DNA of 63,597 bases, the filler included, from Phoronis australis (lineage: Eukaryota; Animalia; Phoronida): assembly GCA_002633005.1 (NCBI GenBank). It is 5 parts of 5 records of this genome, joined end to end, with 100 filler letters (N's around TTAATTAATTAA, not from the genome) between each part and the next. Parts side by side here need not be neighbours in the genome. Positions count along the whole stretch, not along the records: positions 61,181 to 63,597 come from NMRA01000081.1; 4 more parts are not named here. One strand, written 5' to 3'. The translations under genes were made by a program, and so were the position numbers. How positions within the stretch are numbered: the stretch's first letter is position 1; every line of letters starts with the position of its first letter. Of this stretch, positions 62,607-63,597 are shown in pieces. A model generated the notes under the pieces. The model searched no databases. It saw nothing but the letters and a program-made list of their open reading frames with translations, and was not told the DNA's origin.

Positions 62607-63347
62607 TGCAGTCTTTAATAAGGTGAGTTAGCATTACCAATTTTAACTGATTCAGAATTCCCTGAGATTGAAAACGAGCTCCATGATTGTGTCTGTCAGT
62701 ATAGCGGCGGCAACACACTAGAATTCCTCAGGTTTGACCATGACTCTGTTGGTGTACTTGACTCAAATCAAACATGTATCAAAACAAAACAGTTAATTTA
62801 GCCGCACCACCTGGCTGTCTGTAAACTTACTGAGAGTAGTGGTGTGTTTGATGAAGGGTGAGAAGGTTTCTCTCGTACACACCACGCCAAATGATTGTTC
62901 ACAGTTATTGGTGGCGCCCCAAGTGGCATCGAGCGTTCCTACAAAATGCATTAGTATTGTCATTAAACAATTCACACATAACTTCTTTAATCCTAGGGTT
63001 TGGACACAATTTAAAATAGCACGTGACTTAAATCTAGTAACTGAATATGCAGGGCTCGACATAACGAGCTGCAGGTCGCATTTGCGACCTGAAATTTGGA
63101 AATGCGAGCTGAGATTTTTGTCAGCTCGTATCAAGTCGCTAAATGCGACCTGGAATTTCCAACGTATGCGAGCTGAGTTTTTACACTTCTTGGAAGAAAT
63201 GTGCCTCCCGTTCAGTAACACTAGGACCTCGCTAAAAAGTAAGATTTCGCGAGATTACGTGAGATATTGCCGTGCATTTTAAATTAGAACACGTGACCTT
63301 GACTAGGTTTTAGCTAGGTCCTAGCATAGGTCCTAGCCTGGCATATT

Positions 63348-63597
63348 GATCATCAACATAATTTTGTCCGCATAATGGTCCTCAACATAATTTTGCCCGC
63401 ATAATGGTCATAAACATAATTTTGTCTGCATAATGATCATCAACATAATTTTGTCTGCATAATGGTCATTGACATAATTTTGTCTGCATAACGGTCATAA
63501 ACATAACTTTGTCCGCATTATGATCCTCGACATAATTTTGTCCGCATAATGGCCATGAACATAATTTTGTCTGCATAATGATCATCAACATAATTTT
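63348..63597. repeat. ~29-bp minisatellite running off the window end
   Basis: aacataattttgtc(c/t)gcataatg(g/a)tc.. units, more than 8 copies. Confidence 0.9.

Noticed and set aside
63348-63597. 29-bp repeats resembling CRISPR direct repeats
   Set aside because: No spacers and no cas genes; ordinary minisatellite.

Overview
Eukaryotic (animal, probably invertebrate) genomic DNA, AT-rich, intron-containing and dominated by transposons. The window is not one locus: five segments (1-21917, 22018-40889, 40990-55454, 55555-61080, 61181-63597) are joined by artificial 100-bp spacers (N44-TTAATTAATTAA-N44). Host gene pieces recognised by manual translation: three TRPM channel exons, one MINDY3 exon, three PIK3R4/Vps15 exons, one C-type lectin exon, a decayed C2H2 zinc-finger array, and a tandem pair of small three-finger (Ly6/uPAR-fold) genes (one apparently intact and lacking a GPI signal, one pseudogene). 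Mobile DNA: a decayed multi-exon Kolobok transposase; two related TTAA-flanked Kolobok deletion derivatives (one with THAP and a convergent KolX/P2X7-ballast-like ORF, one with two left ends); an ISL2EU-type element with an intact spliced THAP-DDE transposase plus a convergent YqaJ/lambda-exonuclease gene; Penelope-like retroelement remnants ending in (TA)n/(CA)n; several MITE families, one with 5-bp TSDs; and two degenerate repeat arrays dense in CTCF-like motifs. Most systems belong to described families. All family calls come from motif recognition, not database searches.
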